NCBI GenBank assembly: GCA_046537785.1
Contig: JBKHKD010000005.1
Coordinates: 27,991-91,990 of the forward strand
Origin: Actinomycetota bacterium
Lineage (GTDB): Bacteria > Actinomycetota > Acidimicrobiia > Spongiisociales > ZC4RG35
Length of the DNA: 64,000 nt
Direction: 5' to 3'
Positions 18,964 to 29,706 of this stretch are shown here, one piece after another. The notes beneath the pieces were generated by a model. That model searched no databases. It saw only the letters and a list, made by a program, of their open reading frames with translations, and had not been told where the DNA came from. How positions within the stretch are numbered: position 1 is the stretch's first letter; every line of letters begins with the position of its first letter. A program made the translations under genes and the position numbers.

Positions 18964-20255
18964 CCGTCATCCTCCTCTCGAGCAAAGGTTCGAATGACCC
19001 GGACCTGATCGACGCGGTGCCCGTCCATGGACAGAACTTCGAAAGCGAACGGCCCGGCCGCGATGACCTCCCCGACGCTGGGGAACCGGCCAAGAGTGGC
19101 GACGAGGAACCCTCCCAGGGTCTCATAGTGGCCCTCCGGCCATTCGAAGCCGATCCGCTCCTCCACGTCATGACGGCTGAGCAGGCCGGAGAGGACGTCG
19201 AGTTGCTCTGCCTCGAAACCCGTGGTCCTTGCTTCGTCGTACTCATCTTCGATATCCCCGAAGATCTCCTCGAGGAGATCTTCGATCGTGATGATCCCCG
19301 CCGTGCCGCCATACTCGTCGATCACCACGGCCATGCCCCTCCCCTTGCTCTGTAGCTCTCCCAGCAGATACTCGAGCCGGCTGGAAGCAGGCACTTGAAG
19401 ACCGGGCTGGGCGATCTCCTCCACAGGCATCAACGCCCGCCTCGACTCCGGGATGCCGATCGTGTCCTTGACATGGGCAATGCCGACTATCTCGTCGAGG
19501 TCGAGGCCGTAGACCGGGAAGCGAGAGTGTCCGGTCTCCCGTGACATCTGTCGTAGCTCGGAGATGGGCTGATGCCGGTTGATGGCGAACATGTTCACCC
19601 GCGGAATCATCGCCTCGGCCGCCACTTTCTCTGTGAAGGTGATTGCCCGGGTGAGCAGCTCCAGCTCCTCGTCATCGAGTTGGCCCTCCTCACCGGAAGA
19701 CCGGATCATCAACTCCAGCTCTTCCACCGACCTCACCCCCGACAGCTCGGCGCGGGGCTCGATCCCGAGCCTGCGCACAGTCCAATCGGCGGAGCTGTTG
19801 AGAAAGAGGATGAGGGGTCGAACGGCACGATTTACGAGCTGCATCGGAATCCCGAACCAGACCGCGGATCGGTAGGGGCGCGAGATGGCGAGATTCTTCG
19901 GGACCAGCTCGCCGAAGACCATCTGGGCGGTGGTCGCCAGCACAAAGGCGACCGCAACGGAGACCGCCAGGGAGGTTGCTGGCGTGAGGTTCCCGAACCG
20001 GCCGAATAGAGGGTCGAGCACAGTGGCGATGGTGGGCTCGGCGACGGCACCGAGTATCAAGGAAGTGACGGTGATACCAAGCTGGGCACCGGAGAGCTCA
20101 AACGACAGGTTTTGCAAGGAGTTGAGGATGCGCCCGGCGACCCGATCACCCTCGCGAGAACGACGCTCCACACGGCTGCGCTCGACGGCCACGATGGCGA
20201 ACTCGCCGGCGACGAAGAACCCGTTGGCGAGGATAAGGAAGACAACGGCTGCCAA
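18960..20255 (-). CDS. CNNM/HlyC-CorC family transporter (paralog, DUF21 - CBS pair - CorC_HlyC)
   Basis: Same architecture as the preceding gene. Tandem paralogs with a 4 nt overlap. Confidence 0.8.
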   Translation of the reverse strand: MAAVVFLILANGFFVAGEFAIVAVERSRVERRSREGDRVAGRILNSLQNLSFELSGAQLGITVTSLILGAVAEPTIATVLDPLFGRFGNLTPATSLAVSVAVAFVLATTAQMVFGELVPKNLAISRPYRSAVWFGIPMQLVNRAVRPLILFLNSSADWTVRRLGIEPRAELSGVRSVEELELMIRSSGEEGQLDDEELELLTRAITFTEKVAAEAMIPRVNMFAINRHQPISELRQMSRETGHSRFPVYGLDLDEIVGIAHVKDTIGIPESRRALMPVEEIAQPGLQVPASSRLEYLLGELQSKGRGMAVVIDEYGGTAGIITIEDLLEEIFGDIEDEYDEARTTGFEAEQLDVLSGLLSRHDVEERIGFEWPEGHYETLGGFLVATLGRFPSVGEVIAAGPFAFEVLSMDGHRVDQVRVIRTFAREEDDG

Positions 20256-20343
20256 TCCCAGGAACGTGCTAATAAGTGAACTCCGTTGTCACCGCCGCGT
20301 CAGAGGATACCCGGGCATGGCGGCACTACTGCGTAGTCGTCCC

Positions 20344-21339
20344 TCAGGCTCGCACTTCCTGCCTCATGAACGAGATGTAGGCAATGGCGAAGAGAGCCGC
20401 CGTCATGGCCAGCAAGATCACCATCTGCGGCCACACCACGCCGAGACTCTGGGTCAGATTGAGCTCGGTGACGATCGCCCTGTCCACCTGCTCCAGGTTG
20501 AGGAGGCCGGTGGTGCGCACCTCCGGGTCTAAGAGGACGGTGGAACCCTGCTGGAAGAGGGTGATCGGGGAGGCCTGTGAGATCACCTGCTCGGTCTGAG
20601 CGTTCTCGAACGCGGCGAGCTGGGTCCCGTCGTCAGGGCTGATGACGTTGGCGAGGGCACCGAAGATGAAGCTCCCGAACAGAGCGAGGACCAACCAGAC
20701 CCCAACCGGGATGAGCGCAGACGTCGCTGCACGGTTCGTTCTGACCGACACCAGAGTGGCCAGACCTTGCCAGAACGCCACATAGACGACGGCGAACAGG
20801 AGCCAGACCAACAGCCTCGAAACCTCTGTTGGCGACGGGGTCACCCCGAGACGGAAGATCCCGATCCCAGCCACGAAGAGGACTAGGGCAGTGAGCATGA
20901 TGGCGATCACCGATATGCCGGCGACGAACTTGCCGAGGATCACCTCGTCCCGGTGGATCGGCTGTGACAGGAGACGGGGAAGGGTGCCCTGTGCCCGCTC
21001 CCCGTTCACCGAGTCGAACCCGAACATGATGCCGAGCAGCGGCGCCAGGAAGCTCACGAAGATGATCAGGGGGAACGGCACCGGGTCGGTGGTAACCGTG
21101 AACAGCTTGAGGAAAAGAGCGGTGATCCCCTCAGCGTTGGAAGCGACGTCCCGAATTCCTCCCGAAGCGGCGAAGACCGCAGCCGCGGTGGCGATCCCCA
21201 GCACCGCCAGGAGAACGAGGAACCGGCCCGAGTAGAGATGGTCGGCGAGCTCCTTGTAGGCAACCACCCTCCAGCCGCCACGGCTCCCTTCCGGCCGCTG
21301 ACGATCCCTTCGCGGTGATTCGGAAACTACTGCCGTCAT
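20344..21339 (-). CDS. ABC-2 type transporter permease
   Basis: 331 aa with six predicted TM helices. 4 nt overlap with the upstream ATPase gene. Confidence 0.65.
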   Translation of the reverse strand: MTAVVSESPRRDRQRPEGSRGGWRVVAYKELADHLYSGRFLVLLAVLGIATAAAVFAASGGIRDVASNAEGITALFLKLFTVTTDPVPFPLIIFVSFLAPLLGIMFGFDSVNGERAQGTLPRLLSQPIHRDEVILGKFVAGISVIAIMLTALVLFVAGIGIFRLGVTPSPTEVSRLLVWLLFAVVYVAFWQGLATLVSVRTNRAATSALIPVGVWLVLALFGSFIFGALANVISPDDGTQLAAFENAQTEQVISQASPITLFQQGSTVLLDPEVRTTGLLNLEQVDRAIVTELNLTQSLGVVWPQMVILLAMTAALFAIAYISFMRQEVRA

Positions 21340-22277
21340 ACCACCACCTCTTCCCTGTCCTCGAAGTACCTCCTGTAGATGGCGTCCAGATCCTCGTCCA
21401 CGCGACGGACCCCGGTGAGCTTCGATCCACGGGAGACGAGCTTGCTGACGGTCTCAGGGAGGGTTCCGACATCGAGTGTCGCGACCCACGAGCCGGGGAC
21501 GCGTCCGTTCGTAACGTCCTCGACGATGTCGATCTCCTCCAGTCGTTGACGGCCGCCCTCGTGGTCGTCGGCGAACCGGAACTCCACGCGAGCATGACCG
21601 ACCTGCTCGGCAGCCAACTGGTGAGGCTCACCCTGAGCCACCACCGACCCTCCGACGAAGATGGCCACTCGGTTGCAAACTGCCTGCACCTGGTTGAGGA
21701 GATGGCTGGCGAGGAGGATCGTCACCCCCTGGTTCACCGCCAGCGACCTGATGAGATCGAGGATCTCGGCAACGCCCTCGGGGTCTATGGCCGTGGTGGG
21801 CTCATCGAGGATCAGAATCGAGGGGTCCTTCACCAACGCGTCCGCCAGTCCGAGACGCTGCTTCATGCCCCTTGAGTACTCGCCGGCCCGCTGGTCGGCG
21901 GCATAGGCCAGACCCACTTCCTCGAGGAGCGAGTCGATCCTCTCCTCGGCGTTGTCGACCTGGTTGAGACGGGCGGTGAAGAGCAGGTTCTGTCTCCCGG
22001 TGAGATCGTCGTAGAAGCCGACCGAGTCCGGGAGATAGCCGACCCGGCGCTTTACCTCCAGGGGATAGCGCCTGGGGTCGAGTCCGATCACCTCAATAGA
22101 GCCAGATGTCGGCTCGGTAAGCCCGAGGATCATGAGAATGGTCGTTGTCTTGCCCGCTCCGTTCGGGCCGAGCAGACCGAAAACCTCACCCGTCTCGATG
22201 TCGAGGTCGAGTTCATCAACGACGGTGATTCCGTCGTAGCGCTTGGTCAACCCACTCGTCCGGATGGCGCTCGCCAC
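21336..22277 (-). CDS. ABC transporter ATP-binding protein (ABC-2 exporter type)
   Basis: Walker A GPNGAGKTTT, signature YSRGMKQRLGLA, Walker B ILILDEPT. Confidence 0.85.
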   Translation of the reverse strand: MASAIRTSGLTKRYDGITVVDELDLDIETGEVFGLLGPNGAGKTTTILMILGLTEPTSGSIEVIGLDPRRYPLEVKRRVGYLPDSVGFYDDLTGRQNLLFTARLNQVDNAEERIDSLLEEVGLAYAADQRAGEYSRGMKQRLGLADALVKDPSILILDEPTTAIDPEGVAEILDLIRSLAVNQGVTILLASHLLNQVQAVCNRVAIFVGGSVVAQGEPHQLAAEQVGHARVEFRFADDHEGGRQRLEEIDIVEDVTNGRVPGSWVATLDVGTLPETVSKLVSRGSKLTGVRRVDEDLDAIYRRYFEDREEVVV

Positions 22278-22280
22278 TGC

Positions 22281-23447
22281 TCACCTCCTGCCGAATCGGC
22301 GGAACACCCAGGCCAGGCCGGCGAGTGTCAAAGCGATGAGAGCTATGCCGATGAAACCCCACAGCGCTGACGGATTGACCGTGGTCCGGATATCCACACT
22401 GCTGTTCGCTTCTTCGCTGTCGGCGGAGAAGGAAATCATATAGTCACCGGCGACAGCCTGGTCCGATGGCGTGACCGTCGCCAAGGCATTCACCGACTGA
22501 CCGGCACCAATCTCAGAAATCGTCGGCTGGTCGAACTCGACCTCCCAGTTGGCTGGCGGTGTTGATGACATCTCGACGTTCTGGATCGGAGCCGTGCCCG
22601 TGTTTGTCACGACGAGTTGGATCTCGGACGAGCCATCGGCGCTGACCTCCGTGCTGAGACGTTGATCGGGTGTGGAGAGATCGAGCGAAAACGATCCCAC
22701 GATCTCGACGATCATCTCGGCCTGGACCTCCGTGTCGGGCGCGCTCGCCTGCACAGAGATCGTGTATTGGCCAGCCTCGGCACGGGGCGGCGAGGTCGCC
22801 TCCACATTGATCGTGGTCGAGTCCCCGGAGTCGACCTGAATGGTTGCAGCCTGCGGCTCGGTGGACGGCTCGGCGGTCACATCCCAACCGGCAGGGCCGG
22901 ACGAGCTCAGCTCGAACTGGAGATCGCTGGGAGTGTCGTTGGACAATTCGACGCTGAACGACGCCGTCTCCGAGGCTGGCACACGCAGGCCCGGGAAGTC
23001 CGGGTTGAGAGTCACCTCGCCACCGGCCTGTGGCGACACGCGCACCTGGAGTGCCAGCGACGCCGATGTTTCCTCGCCCTCGGCCACGACACCGATGTCA
23101 TAGACACCCTCTGCAGCGTCGACAGGAACGTTGACGTCAAGACTTACCTCCGGCTCGGTCGGCCCGGCTGTGACCCCATCGACCTCGAAGCCTCCACCAC
23201 GGAATGTCGCGGTCCACCCGTCCGGCAAGCCGGTGGTCTCGAGAGTGACGTCAGTGGGGTCGGGTGCGCTGACGCTCAAATCGAAGTCGGCCGAGTCCCC
23301 TGCCTCGACAGCCACCCGCGGGTACGGGGTGGTGATCCTCAGTTCATCGGGGGCTGTAGTCGGGGGCTCCTCTTGAGCCAGCACAGGTGCCGATAAGAGG
23401 AACATCGACACAGCCAGCAATGAAACCATTATGCGAACGGCGCGCAT
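22281..23447 (-). CDS. surface protein with repeated domains (NEW3/COG1470-like) and a C-terminal TM anchor
   Basis: Signal peptide (VSMFLLSAPVLAQE). Four repeats with a 'GxY.I.V.A' pattern. C-terminal hydrophobic anchor plus RRFGRR. Genetically coupled to the ABC-2 exporter, a typical COG1470 + ABC-2 arrangement. Confidence 0.5.
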   Translation of the reverse strand: MRAVRIMVSLLAVSMFLLSAPVLAQEEPPTTAPDELRITTPYPRVAVEAGDSADFDLSVSAPDPTDVTLETTGLPDGWTATFRGGGFEVDGVTAGPTEPEVSLDVNVPVDAAEGVYDIGVVAEGEETSASLALQVRVSPQAGGEVTLNPDFPGLRVPASETASFSVELSNDTPSDLQFELSSSGPAGWDVTAEPSTEPQAATIQVDSGDSTTINVEATSPPRAEAGQYTISVQASAPDTEVQAEMIVEIVGSFSLDLSTPDQRLSTEVSADGSSEIQLVVTNTGTAPIQNVEMSSTPPANWEVEFDQPTISEIGAGQSVNALATVTPSDQAVAGDYMISFSADSEEANSSVDIRTTVNPSALWGFIGIALIALTLAGLAWVFRRFGRR

Positions 23448-23637
23448 TTTCCGCTTCCTCCCAATGGACTTCTATCTCATCGTGGTCTTTGTACCGCGGC
23501 ACACAAGCTCACAAGGTTTAGAAATTTGTAAGGCAAGGACAAAAACCCTTTGATGCCCTGGTGCGGTGCGACCCGATCCGACTTGACCCTCGACACCCCG
23601 GACATGAGGCGACCGGTCTCGGCTTAGAGTCACCGAC

Positions 23638-23979
23638 ATGACCGTCCTGAGATCAATCGTCCTGTTCATCATGGCTGCAATAGCCGAGATCGGAGGCGCA
23701 TATCTTGTCTGGCAGGGTGTTCGCGAGAAGCGGGGACTTCTCTTCGTGGGCGCCGGGGTAGTGGCGCTTGGCCTATATGGCTTCTTCGCCACCTTCCAGC
23801 CCAGCCCGCATTTCGGCAGGATTCTCGCTGCCTACGGTGGTGTGTTCGTGGCGGGCTCGCTGGCTTGGGGGATCGTCTTCGATGGTTTCCGACCCGATCG
23901 CTACGACATCATCGGAGCCCTGCTCTGTCTCCTCGGCGTGGCTGTGATCATGTACGCGCCAAGAGCGGGACAGGGCTGA
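23638..23979 (+). CDS. ynfA: YnfA-family membrane protein (UPF0060)
   Basis: 113 aa with four TM helices; conserved [10 protein letters not shown] and [12 protein letters not shown] motifs. Confidence 0.8.
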   Translation: MTVLRSIVLFIMAAIAEIGGAYLVWQGVREKRGLLFVGAGVVALGLYGFFATFQPSPHFGRILAAYGGVFVAGSLAWGIVFDGFRPDRYDIIGALLCLLGVAVIMYAPRAGQG

Positions 23980-24031
23980 GCAAGGAACCTGAACGTCAAC
24001 AAGCATACCCTGGCTGTCTAGTGCCAGGCCA

Positions 24032-25135
24032 TCAGGCGACGAGGAGGTCCTCGTTGGAGGCGATCGACTCCTGGAGCGAGCTCAGGGCCTCGTCGATCAG
24101 GTCCCGGAGCTGGTGCTCGGGAACATCGATTTCAGAGGAGATGCGCGCCAGTGTGGCCGGCGCACCGTCGTCCAGGCCGAAGCGAAGCTCGATGACCTGA
24201 CGATGTATCGGAGAAAGGGTGGCCAGGCCCGCCTGGAGGATCTCCCCCGCGATGCGCTGCTCCACCTCAGAATCGGGGTCGAGAGAGCTGACATCGGCGA
24301 TGAAGTCACCGAGAGTGGCACCGTCCTCCCCGATAGGGGTCTCTAGAGCCACTGTGGAATGGACCTGAAGGGCCTTTTCGACATCGCTCTCGGAGACACC
24401 GGTCTCTTCGGCAATCTCCTCGGCGGTAGCGGCACGACCGAGCTTCGACCGCAGCGACTCTGCGGCCGCACGCACGGCCGGAAGAACGTCGTGGACCTTG
24501 GCGGGGAGCCTGATGGTGTCACCGAGGTTCACCCGGGCACGCTGCATCGCCTGGCGGATCCACCAGGTGGCGTAAGTGGAGAACTTGAAACCCTTGCGCC
24601 AGTCGAACTTCTCGACGGCAGTGATCAGACCGAGGTTTCCTTCCTGGATGAGGTCGAGCATCTCGACGTCCCCGCCGGCGTAACGGCGGGCATTGGAGAC
24701 GACGAGCCTCAGGTTCGACTCGACGAACCGCCTCCGGGCAGCCTCGCCCTGTCTGACCGTGGTCTCGAGACGGCGCCGATCCGCAGCATCGAGCTTTTCG
24801 CCCGACTCAAGGCGCTCCCGCGCCTCGTCGCCGGCCTCCATGGCCTGGGCGAGCTCGACCTCCTCGTCGGCGGTGAGCAGGTCGTACGCGCCTATCCCGG
24901 CCAGATACTGGCCGAGGACGTCACCAGCGGCGGAGCCCCGCTCGTCGATGAGCTCTCTTGCTGTCTTTTTCGAGGTGTTTCTCTTCACGATATGGCGAAC
25001 AGATGTTCGTATGGACGTATTCCTGACATCTCGGGACCGGCCCGGGGGCCGAGCCCGACACGCGAACACTGTATGGCCAATCAGTCTGGAGGCAAGTCGA
25101 GACGCGGAGACATCCACCGCGGCTGATGTGTTCAT
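24032..25135 (-). CDS. RNA polymerase sigma-70 family factor (group 1/2-like, regions 1.2-4)
   Basis: Region 1.2 (DVLGQYLAGIG), region 2 (DLIQEGNLGLITAVEKFDWRKGFKFSTYATWWIRQA), regions 3 and 4. Start codon ambiguous (ATG about 25135, GTG about 24988); the track ORF extends to 25183. Confidence 0.8.
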   Translation of the reverse strand: MNTSAAVDVSASRLASRLIGHTVFACRARPPGRSRDVRNTSIRTSVRHIVKRNTSKKTARELIDERGSAAGDVLGQYLAGIGAYDLLTADEEVELAQAMEAGDEARERLESGEKLDAADRRRLETTVRQGEAARRRFVESNLRLVVSNARRYAGGDVEMLDLIQEGNLGLITAVEKFDWRKGFKFSTYATWWIRQAMQRARVNLGDTIRLPAKVHDVLPAVRAAAESLRSKLGRAATAEEIAEETGVSESDVEKALQVHSTVALETPIGEDGATLGDFIADVSSLDPDSEVEQRIAGEILQAGLATLSPIHRQVIELRFGLDDGAPATLARISSEIDVPEHQLRDLIDEALSSLQESIASNEDLLVA

Positions 25136-25300
25136 CCCGGCCGGGAAGAGGCTGTTCGCTGCAGAGTAGAATCGCCCCCGCACGCCTCGAGAGCAAAGTG
25201 GTAGGTTCGACTACGGCCCCGAAAACGTGGCCACCCTTGCAACCGGGGCAACCTGGGTTCAACCGAGTTCGATGACTATTAGTTAGTTAGGAGGACAACA

Positions 25301-26773
25301 ATGGTCCCTCGAAGACTCCCCCGAAGCATCCGCCGCGGCCTCACCAGGAGGGAGTTCCTGTACCTGTCTGGTGCCAGTCTCCTCGCTGCATGCGCCGAAG
25401 GCACCGGGCTCGGCACCACGACCACGACAGCGGCGAGAACGACAACGACAGCGGGGAGGACAACCACCACGGCAGGGGGGGTCGAGGGCGAACCCCAGAC
25501 GAGCTTTGTCGAGCCGACCCAGTCGCTGAGTGGTGAGCTCAACATCCTGCTGTGGAGCCACTTCGTGCCGGCTCACGACAGCTGGTTCGATCCCTTCGTG
25601 CAGGAGTGGGGGGAACAGGTCGGGGTCGAGGTCAACGTCGACCACATCGCACTGGCCGACGTCCCCGCCGCGATCGCCTCCGAGATCCAGTCGGGTCAGC
25701 CCGAGCACGACTTGATGCAGTACATCGCGGTGCTGAGCCAGCACGAGCCGTCGGTGGTCGACATGGCCGACGTCGTGGCCGAAGCGGAGAATCGGTATGG
25801 CGAGATGCTCGACTTGACCCGCCGGTCCTCGTTGAACCCGAACACAGGCAAGTACTACGCGTACGCTCCCGCGTGGGTTCCCGACCCCGGTGACTACCGG
25901 CAATCGCTATGGGAGCCGGTTGGGTTTCCCGATGGTCCCCGCACCTGGGACGACCTGCTCCAGGGTGGCAGTGAGATCTTCGAGAACGAAGGCGTCCAGC
26001 TCGGCATCGGAATGTCCCAAGAGATCGACTCCAACATGGCGTTGCGCGCCCTGCTCTGGTCGTTCGGCGCCTCCATCCAGGACGCCAACGAGAGCGTGGT
26101 GCTCAACTCGGACGCCACCATCGCCGCCGTCGAGTACATGAACGAGCTGTTCGAGATTGCGATGACCCCGGAGGTGTTCGCCTGGAACGCAGCCTCCAAC
26201 AACCAGGGGCTCAACGCCGGGGAGCTGAGCTACATCCTCAACTCGATATCGGCGTATCGCACCGCACAGGACGAGGGCCTGGACGTTGCCGACGACATCT
26301 TCTTCAGCCCGGCATTGGAAGGGCCGGAAACGGCGATCGTGGCGTCCCACGTCATGTACAACTGGATCATCCCGGACAACGAGGACGTGAACGTGGCGGC
26401 GGCGCAGGAGTTCCTGCTGCACTACACGGAGAACCTCGCCCCGGTGGCCTGGCACTCCAAGCTGTACGACTTCCCGTCCTTCCCCGACCGGGTTCCTGAG
26501 CTGAACGACTGGCTTGAAGATGATCCGTTCGAGTCGCAGCCGGCCGACAAGTTGGCAGTGCTGACGGACTCCATCGATTGGGCCACCAACATCGGCCACC
26601 CCGGGCCCGCCAACCCTGCAGTCGGCCAGATTTTCGGCGAGTCGATCATCCCGGTGATGTTTGCAGAGGCAGCCCAGGGGAACAAGACTCCGGCAGAAGC
26701 CGTGGCCGACGCCGAGTCGCAGATCAACGCCATCTTTGGTGAGTGGCGCGATCAGGGTTTGATCGGGGGTTAG
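25301..26773 (+). CDS. ABC transporter solute-binding lipoprotein (carbohydrate, SBP family 1)
   Basis: Strong RBS (AGGAGG) 9 nt upstream. Tat-like signal plus lipobox (RRGLTRREFLYLSGASLLAAC). Thr-rich linker, then SBP_bac_1-like domain; 490 aa. Confidence 0.8.
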   Translation: MVPRRLPRSIRRGLTRREFLYLSGASLLAACAEGTGLGTTTTTAARTTTTAGRTTTTAGGVEGEPQTSFVEPTQSLSGELNILLWSHFVPAHDSWFDPFVQEWGEQVGVEVNVDHIALADVPAAIASEIQSGQPEHDLMQYIAVLSQHEPSVVDMADVVAEAENRYGEMLDLTRRSSLNPNTGKYYAYAPAWVPDPGDYRQSLWEPVGFPDGPRTWDDLLQGGSEIFENEGVQLGIGMSQEIDSNMALRALLWSFGASIQDANESVVLNSDATIAAVEYMNELFEIAMTPEVFAWNAASNNQGLNAGELSYILNSISAYRTAQDEGLDVADDIFFSPALEGPETAIVASHVMYNWIIPDNEDVNVAAAQEFLLHYTENLAPVAWHSKLYDFPSFPDRVPELNDWLEDDPFESQPADKLAVLTDSIDWATNIGHPGPANPAVGQIFGESIIPVMFAEAAQGNKTPAEAVADAESQINAIFGEWRDQGLIGG

Positions 26774-26871
26774 CCACCGGATTTCGGCAGGGATCCGAAC
26801 CACGTGATCTCTCCGACTTTGGATAGTTGGCCGGCACATCATGATGACGCGAGTGGAATAGGGTCACCGAG

Positions 26872-27906
26872 ATGGCGATCGTAGAGGTACGGGGCCTGCG
26901 CAAGGTGTTCGACGATGTCGTCGCGGTCGACGGCGTCGATATCCGCTCCGAGGAAGGTGAGTTCCTGGTCCTCTTGGGACCTTCGGGCTGTGGCAAGACG
27001 ACTCTTCTGAGAATGATCGCGGGCCTGGAAGAACCCACCGAAGGGAACATTCTCCTCGGTGGAGAGGAGGTCAACGGCCTTCCGCCCAGAGCGCGCTCGG
27101 TGGCGATGGTGTTCCAGTCCTATGCGCTCTACCCCCATATGACCGTGGCCAACAACATCGCATTCCCGCTCAAGGCACAAGGCAGCAGGTCCGGCGATCG
27201 GATGGAAAAGGTGAGATGGGCCGCAGGACTCTTCGAGATCGACCACCTGCTCAATCGGCGTCCCCGTCAACTATCCGGAGGCGAGCGCCAAAGGGTGGCC
27301 TTGGCGCGTGCTCTGGTACGCGAGCCCAGCGCCTTCCTACTGGACGAGCCCTTGTCCAACCTCGACGCAAAGCTGCGCGCCGCGGCCCGCGACGACCTGA
27401 TGGAGTTCCAGCGCGAGATCGGCATCACCACCATCTACGTCACGCACGACCAGGTGGAGGCAATGGGCATGGGTGACCGCATCGCGGTCATGGACCACGG
27501 CAAGGTACGTCAACTGGGCACACCCGAAGACGTCTACCACAACCCGGCTGACACTTTCGTCGCCCGTTTCCTCGGGTCACCTCCGATGAACCTGCTCGAA
27601 AACGATGAGTTCATCTTCGGTTTCCGGCCGGAGCACTTACTCCCCGAAGGGGTAGCTCCAGATGAGAACAATCGCGTTCCCTTCACCTTCTTCGTGAGCC
27701 GGATCGAGTATCTGGGATCGGAGCGCTACCTCTATGGACACATCACCGGGTATGAGGACACGAAGGTCATCGCGATGCTGCCGGGGACGGTGACGCTGCC
27801 GGTGACCGAGAACCGGGATCACAAATTCTCCGTAGCAGAAGACCAGATGCGCTACTTCGACCGCGATAAGGGTGTCAGCATCCCCCCACAGCCTTTGAAG
27901 GTATGA
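26872..27906 (+). CDS. sugar ABC transporter ATP-binding protein (MalK/MsiK/UgpC family)
   Basis: Walker A GPSGCGKTT, LSGGERQRVALARAL, Walker B FLLDEP, C-terminal TOBE-like regulatory domain. Confidence 0.85.
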   Translation: MAIVEVRGLRKVFDDVVAVDGVDIRSEEGEFLVLLGPSGCGKTTLLRMIAGLEEPTEGNILLGGEEVNGLPPRARSVAMVFQSYALYPHMTVANNIAFPLKAQGSRSGDRMEKVRWAAGLFEIDHLLNRRPRQLSGGERQRVALARALVREPSAFLLDEPLSNLDAKLRAAARDDLMEFQREIGITTIYVTHDQVEAMGMGDRIAVMDHGKVRQLGTPEDVYHNPADTFVARFLGSPPMNLLENDEFIFGFRPEHLLPEGVAPDENNRVPFTFFVSRIEYLGSERYLYGHITGYEDTKVIAMLPGTVTLPVTENRDHKFSVAEDQMRYFDRDKGVSIPPQPLKV

Positions 27907-28805
27907 CAATACGAACCAAGGGCCGCTATTTGAGCGATAACTCCCGGTTTCTGGCCGGGGTCTTCATGTCCCCGACGATTCTCTACATCCTCGCCCTGGT
28001 GGGCTTTCCGTTCGTTCTCGCCATCATCTACTCCTTCACCGACATCACCACAGGCAACCCCGAGCTGGAATTCGTCGGGTTCGAGACCTTCCGGTCGATC
28101 CTCGCCGATCCGGTCTTCCGACGGGCCCTGAGCAACACGTTCTGGTTCGCCGTGATCTCGAACCTCCTTGTGGTCGTCCTGGCCACAGCCATGGCTGAAT
28201 TGCTAACCAGGGACTTCAAGGGAAAGTGGATTATTAGGTTCTTCTTGCTATTGCCCTGGGTGGCACCCGTCTCCCTGGCCACCATTACCTGGTTGTGGAC
28301 TCTCGACTCGATCTTCTCCCCGATCGATTGGCTGCTGCGTCAGGTGGGTCTCATCACGCAGAACATGTTCTGGCTGGGCCAACCGGAGCTCGCCATGAGC
28401 TCGGTGATCGCAGTACAGGTGTGGCGGATCGCGCCGCTTGCTGCCGTAATCGTGATGGCCGGGTTGACCGCCATACCAAACGACATCAACGATGCCGTCG
28501 CCGTCGACGGAGCCGGGTTCTGGAGACGTCTGTTCCAGATCACCATCCCCCTGCTGGCTCCGATCATCGCGGTGGCCGTGCTGTTCGGCGTGATCCTGAC
28601 AATCGCAGACATGAGCGTGATCTTCGTGCTCACACGTGGTGGGCCAACCCACTCCACCCAGGTGCTCTCTACATGGGCGTTCTTCAAGGGAATCGAAGGT
28701 GGTGCCCTGGCTCAGGGGGCCGCAATGTCTCTATTCCTGTTTCCGGTGTTGGTAGGCATCACCGCGGTGGTTCTCCGTCTCGCCCGGCGTCGGCAGGTGC
28801 TGTGA
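27903..28805 (+). CDS. carbohydrate ABC transporter permease (MalF/UgpA type)
   Basis: 300 aa, six TM helices, EAA-like loop (AVAVDGAGFWRRLFQITIPLLAP). Confidence 0.8.
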   Translation: MTIRTKGRYLSDNSRFLAGVFMSPTILYILALVGFPFVLAIIYSFTDITTGNPELEFVGFETFRSILADPVFRRALSNTFWFAVISNLLVVVLATAMAELLTRDFKGKWIIRFFLLLPWVAPVSLATITWLWTLDSIFSPIDWLLRQVGLITQNMFWLGQPELAMSSVIAVQVWRIAPLAAVIVMAGLTAIPNDINDAVAVDGAGFWRRLFQITIPLLAPIIAVAVLFGVILTIADMSVIFVLTRGGPTHSTQVLSTWAFFKGIEGGALAQGAAMSLFLFPVLVGITAVVLRLARRRQVL

Positions 28806-28806
28806 G

Positions 28807-29697
28807 ATGAAACCCACCTGGGAACAGACAGATGTGCCACAGCTACGCAAGAGAGCGCAGCGGCGTCATCTTCTGGGTCGGATAGGGGTCTACGCGACCG
28901 CGATCTTCTTCGCCTTCCTGGCCGTGTTCCCCTTTAGCTGGGCCCTGATCAGCATGTTCAAGCAGTCCAGCGATCTCTATGTCAAGGAAAACAACCCGTT
29001 CTGGTTCAACGACGCGCCCACCCTCGAACACGTGAAGCTGCTCTTCCTCGAAACCAACTACCTGACGTTCGTGAGAAACACCGTAATCGTGGGGCTGGCA
29101 GTGACCCTGATCACCCTGGCCTTCGCCCTCCCCACCGCATATGCGCTTGCCCGGCTCCGGCTCAGGTGGGGAGAACGGATGGGCATCGCCATCTTCCTCG
29201 TATACCTGCTTCCACCAACCCTGTTGTTCATCCCGATGACGCGCGTCGTCAACACACTCAATCTCCAAGAGTCTTTGTGGTCGCTCATCATCATCTATCC
29301 GACCATCACCATCCCCATCTCCGCATGGCTGCTGATGGGCTATTTCAAGGGAATCCCGATGGACATCGAAGAGCAGGCAATGGTGGATGGATACAGCAGG
29401 CTGGAAGCCATCTATCGGGTGGTCCTGCCCCTGATCGTCCCCGGTGTCATCGCAGTGATTGTTTTTGCGTTCACTCTCTCGGCCCATGAGTTCATCTACG
29501 CCCTCGCCTTCAACAAGTCTTCCGCGATGAAACCCATCTCCACCGGGGTGCCCACCGAACTGGTTCGTGGAGACGTGTTCTTCTGGCAGTCGCTTCAGGC
29601 GGCCGTCATCCTGGTGGCAGTCCCTATAGCCCTGCTCTTCAACGCCTTCCTGGACCGATTCATCTCCGGATTCACCATGGGGGCAGTCAAAGGCTGA
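28807..29697 (+). CDS. carbohydrate ABC transporter permease (MalG/UgpE type)
   Basis: 296 aa, EAA loop (EEQAMVDGYSRLEAIYRVVLPL). Confidence 0.8.
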   Translation: MKPTWEQTDVPQLRKRAQRRHLLGRIGVYATAIFFAFLAVFPFSWALISMFKQSSDLYVKENNPFWFNDAPTLEHVKLLFLETNYLTFVRNTVIVGLAVTLITLAFALPTAYALARLRLRWGERMGIAIFLVYLLPPTLLFIPMTRVVNTLNLQESLWSLIIIYPTITIPISAWLLMGYFKGIPMDIEEQAMVDGYSRLEAIYRVVLPLIVPGVIAVIVFAFTLSAHEFIYALAFNKSSAMKPISTGVPTELVRGDVFFWQSLQAAVILVAVPIALLFNAFLDRFISGFTMGAVKG

Positions 29698-29706
29698 CGA
29701 AGCCAA

